Source: Ignavibacteriales bacterium (GTDB lineage Bacteria; Bacteroidota; Ignavibacteria; UBA10030). From it: a DNA stretch of 64,000 nucleotides. The stretch is from assembly GCA_016193365.1 (NCBI GenBank), contig JACPSI010000042.1:25126-89125 (forward strand), read 5' to 3'. Every line of letters begins with the position of its first letter. Within the stretch, counting starts at the first letter, position 1. The translations under genes and the position numbers were made by a program. Positions 61,065 through 64,000 of the stretch are shown one piece after another. The notes beneath the pieces are model-generated. The model was not told where the DNA came from. It saw nothing but the letters and a program-made list of their open reading frames with translations, and ran no database searches.

Positions 61065-61505
61065 TCACGCGGTTCCACCGGTTGCGTTCATTTCGTCAAC
61101 TAAACGCGGAATCGCCCTATTCAGGTTCCTGTTGTAGATCGCTGCAAATAGCCTTCCCAAAAGAGATACATTGAACCCGTCTGCTTCAACAATCCAAACC
61201 AACTTCGTTTGTCTCGCATTCACGGCTTCAAAAATATGGTTGTAATGAATCGTCAACCATAGAAACGTACCCACCCATTTCCAATTGACGTAAGGATTGA
61301 ATTCGGACATTGTGAAGGCAGATTTCATTCCGTTTCGAAGATGGATGATCCCTGTTGACATCGGCCCAAATGTCCCAGCGGGGGTTACCTCGATACTTCT
61401 GATATGTCCTGCCCAACTCGGCCATTGATCCACCCTCGCAAGATGGTTCCACGCCTTTTCTTGCCCGACTTCAACAATGAATTCACGTCGAACCAGCGTC
61501 AGCAT
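61065..61505 (-). CDS. SRPBCC-superfamily (polyketide cyclase/START-like) protein
   Basis: 146 aa. FIVEVGQEKAWNHLARVDQWPSWAGHIRSIEV is the typical SRPBCC N-terminus. Confidence 0.68.
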   Translation of the reverse strand: MLTLVRREFIVEVGQEKAWNHLARVDQWPSWAGHIRSIEVTPAGTFGPMSTGIIHLRNGMKSAFTMSEFNPYVNWKWVGTFLWLTIHYNHIFEAVNARQTKLVWIVEADGFNVSLLGRLFAAIYNRNLNRAIPRLVDEMNATGGTA

Positions 61506-61508
61506 TTT

Positions 61509-62234
61509 TCAGGTCTTCGTGCACCACGCAACCATGTTCTCCGTCAACAGACGCGATGAGTTCTTTGCTTCAATTTGCCGAACAAGTCTAATCATTGCGC
61601 GGACGCTTTTCCACAATGCGAGGTTGAATTTGCCGTCAAGTGTGTCCGGAATCGGTGCAGTCTCTTTGAATTGGATATTCGTGAAACCGTTCATTTGCAG
61701 GATTTGTCGAAGCGAATCTTCCGCAAAAATAGTCAGGTGAGTCAAATCGCCGTAAATGACCTGTCCCGGGAAAAGGCCCTGGCCATTTGGCGTCTGGAGA
61801 ATGAACAGGCTATCCTGCCTGAGCGACTTATGGATGAGCGGAAATAATGCAAAAAGCTCTTCCTTTGAGAAATGCTCGATGAAGTCGATTGCCACAATCG
61901 CCGCGTATGTATTGCGTTTTCGGGCCAAGAACTTGTGAGCGTCTTGTACGGATGCATTGAGCTTCTGGGAAGTTGCAATTCGAATTTGTTCTGTCGAAAT
62001 GTCGATTCCTTCTGCATCCGTGAATCCTTTGGCGCGGAGGAATTCGAGAAAATAGCCGGGGCCGCATCCGAGTTCCAGAATAGGATCCCGGGAAGAGCAA
62101 CTTGCCAGGAGCGGGTAGAATCTGTGTTGATAGATACGAAAAAACTCCGTCACGTGCTGTTCATTCCGATGGAGCTGGTCGCGCTTGAGAGTGGATACGT
62201 AACGCTTGTAGAGCGTTTTTCGAAAATCTTTCAT
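61509..62234 (-). CDS. Class I SAM-dependent methyltransferase
   Basis: 241 aa. Motif I ILELGCGPGYF; post-I acidic DAEGIDIS; motif II IVAIDFIEH. Confidence 0.8.
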   Translation of the reverse strand: MKDFRKTLYKRYVSTLKRDQLHRNEQHVTEFFRIYQHRFYPLLASCSSRDPILELGCGPGYFLEFLRAKGFTDAEGIDISTEQIRIATSQKLNASVQDAHKFLARKRNTYAAIVAIDFIEHFSKEELFALFPLIHKSLRQDSLFILQTPNGQGLFPGQVIYGDLTHLTIFAEDSLRQILQMNGFTNIQFKETAPIPDTLDGKFNLALWKSVRAMIRLVRQIEAKNSSRLLTENMVAWCTKT

Positions 62235-62246
62235 CGCGTCCCGAGT

Positions 62247-62678
62247 CTACACATCGAGCCTTTTTTCGTACGGCACAACCTCGCCAAACTCCACGTAGCG
62301 TTTTAAGAGCCTGAGATACATCGCCCAGCAGAAGCAGGAAGTCCGATAATGGTCGTTGGATTCAGGCCAGCCGAGATGATGAAAGCGTACTTGAGTGACG
62401 CCGTTGCTTTCTTCCAGGTCAAAGCCTACCCGCGTTGGTTCCCAATCTCTGTCCGCTTTTGCGATTTTCAGCTCAAATTCCTTCGCACGCTTGCACTGAG
62501 ACACGATTGCGCGCCAATCGTATTCAGGGCCGAACCAGAGAGAGTATTCTGCCCCCACTTTTGGCTCTCCGGAACTTTTTTTCGTCCACCACGCATCCAG
62601 GCCGCGCGGAGAGGAAACCGCGTCGAAAACTCGTTCCGCTGAAGCATTAATGGGGAAATCGTGGAGAATATCGGGCAA
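62247..62678 (-). CDS. SRPBCC-superfamily protein (AHSA1/Aha1-like)
   Basis: 143 aa. INASAERVFDAVSSPRGLDAWWTK is the AHSA1-like start. Confidence 0.68.
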   Translation of the reverse strand: MPDILHDFPINASAERVFDAVSSPRGLDAWWTKKSSGEPKVGAEYSLWFGPEYDWRAIVSQCKRAKEFELKIAKADRDWEPTRVGFDLEESNGVTQVRFHHLGWPESNDHYRTSCFCWAMYLRLLKRYVEFGEVVPYEKRLDV

Positions 62679-62696
62679 GGTTGTCTGCTTTCGGAA

Positions 62697-63332
62697 TTAT
62701 TCAAACCCTAAAATTGACCAAGCGATTCCAAAGTTCATTCTCACAGCAGTCACCGCCTCAGCGTCTTCATAACTCATTCGCGTTCCGAGAATCTGAATCT
62801 CATAGATCTCAGCTATGACAAGGCTGCCTCCGAAAGAAAGGTGGCTGCCTTCAATCTCGTTTATCCCGCTGCTGTATCCTCCCCCGCCGGGTCCTGTATA
62901 GATCGTCGGTTCACCGGTTTTCATGGAAATGTTTGCATAACCATAGCTTCCCTGCACATACAATTGGGCCTTGGCAAATTCGAAAAGTGATCTCCTGATG
63001 CCGAGGTCAAAAATAAAAGTGTTGGCGGGAACATCTTTCAGGGTTTCGAAATCACCGCTCCCGAAGGTCCAATCAAGATTCATCATGAATATCAGTTTTG
63101 GGGAGAGTCCAAAACCCCAACCCAATCCTCCGCCTAGGTGTGTTCGCGTCACATAGTTTTCGCGTATCGATCCTATAATTCCTTCAGATTGGTATTCACG
63201 AAGAACGCTCGACCCTGATTGTGCAGCAACATGCCCCGCAACAAAAAAAGTAAGTTGCGAGTGGGCGTGAGAAAACATACCAAGAAATAAAACCGTTGAC
63301 AAGACTAAGCGCGATCTCAATGAAGCCTCCAT
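62697..63332 (-). CDS. Outer-membrane beta-barrel protein
   Basis: 211 aa. Signal peptide (LVLSTVLFLGMFSHAHSQ), alternating-hydrophobic beta strands, glycine-rich loops and an aromatic C-terminal strand. Confidence 0.55.
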   Translation of the reverse strand: MEASLRSRLVLSTVLFLGMFSHAHSQLTFFVAGHVAAQSGSSVLREYQSEGIIGSIRENYVTRTHLGGGLGWGFGLSPKLIFMMNLDWTFGSGDFETLKDVPANTFIFDLGIRRSLFEFAKAQLYVQGSYGYANISMKTGEPTIYTGPGGGGYSSGINEIEGSHLSFGGSLVIAEIYEIQILGTRMSYEDAEAVTAVRMNFGIAWSILGFE

Positions 63333-63365
63333 TAGATTTCGTTACAAGATGAACTTTGAAATGCT

Positions 63366-64000
63366 CTAGGCCGCTTTTTTCCCAAATTCCGGATCGACCT
63401 TTGCCAGCTTTGCCACCACGAAGCCCGGTATTGTGGCTATGCAAACCCAGATAAAGAAATTTTGATAACCAAGCCACTTCTGGATGTCGCCGCTGAACAT
63501 TCCCGGAATCATCATTCCGAGCGCCATGAAACCGGTGCATAAAGCAAAATGGGCTGTCGAGTGTTTACCCTGAGCTACGTACAGCATGAAAAGCGAATAC
63601 GCCGTGAATCCGAACCCGTAGCCGAATTGTTCGAATGCCACACACAGATTAATGATAAAATAGTTGTCCGGCTGGACGTACGCAAGGTAGACATACACGA
63701 GGTCGGGAATATTAATTGCTAAAACCATGGGCCACAACCAGAATTTGAAGCCCTTCCTTGCGGCTGCGATGCCGCCCAGAAGCCCCCCGATCGTAAGAGC
63801 AGAAATGCCAACGGTACCGTAGATAAATCCGACATCAGTTGTTGTAAGAGCAAGCCCACCCGCTTCCCGCGCATCCAGCATGAACGGCGAAGCCAACTTG
63901 ACGAGCTGAGCCTCGCCGAGTCTGTACAAAAGTAAGAAGGCCAATATAGGGCCTATATTTTCCTTTTTGAAGAACGCAACGAACGTCATGAGGAATTCTT
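63366..64000 (-). CDS. MFS-type transporter, C-terminal part (5' portion lies beyond the window end)
   Basis: At least 211 aa of hydrophobic helices (about 6 TM). The frame stays open past 64000, so the gene is truncated by the window. Confidence 0.6.
   Translation of the reverse strand, partial: EFLMTFVAFFKKENIGPILAFLLLYRLGEAQLVKLASPFMLDAREAGGLALTTTDVGFIYGTVGISALTIGGLLGGIAAARKGFKFWLWPMVLAINIPDLVYVYLAYVQPDNYFIINLCVAFEQFGYGFGFTAYSLFMLYVAQGKHSTAHFALCTGFMALGMMIPGMFSGDIQKWLGYQNFFIWVCIATIPGFVVAKLAKVDPEFGKKAA

Overview
This is a bacterial chromosomal segment of about 50% GC. The gene content looks like the Bacteroidetes/Chlorobi/Ignavibacteria group (geranylgeranyl reductase, LpxB/LpxK, DUF-rich outer-membrane proteins, few Shine-Dalgarno sites). 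From 1 to about 47.6 kb essentially every gene lies on the minus strand in a tightly packed run of housekeeping genes: DUF3108-like protein, heptosyltransferase, ferredoxin-GGR, dnaG, slt, groES-groEL with a CIRCE operator, rsmI, nadE, a lysine catabolic pair lat+aldehyde dehydrogenase, purB, htrA, plsY-gpsA-plsY, ispD, queA, ppdK, lpxK, lpxB, smc, tpiA, gatB, sucC, P5C dehydrogenase, and a GH3-beta-lactamase fusion. Accessory features embedded in this run are a hicB-hicA toxin-antitoxin pair, a small nucleotidyltransferase-fold two-gene module, and a visibly GC-richer PadR+DUF4153 segment bounded by two copies of a ~70-100 nt inverted-repeat element. At about 47.65-48.3 kb there is a repeat- and hairpin-dense strand-switch region containing a decayed hydrolase gene fragment. 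After it comes a plus-strand NHEJ locus, ligD (Pol-PE-Lig) ... ku, unusually interrupted by an APC amino-acid permease and an amidinotransferase-fold hydrolase, followed by an ENPP-family phosphodiesterase and a TPR protein. The last 8 kb returns to the minus strand with an uncharacterised cluster: DUF5916, DUF3500, DUF3124, two SRPBCC proteins, a SAM methyltransferase, an OM beta-barrel and a partial MFS transporter. A short CCTTCSGAAGG palindrome family recurs in intergenic regions. I found no CRISPR array, transposase, integrase, rRNA or tRNA. All calls come from reading the translations and the DNA; no database searches were possible.
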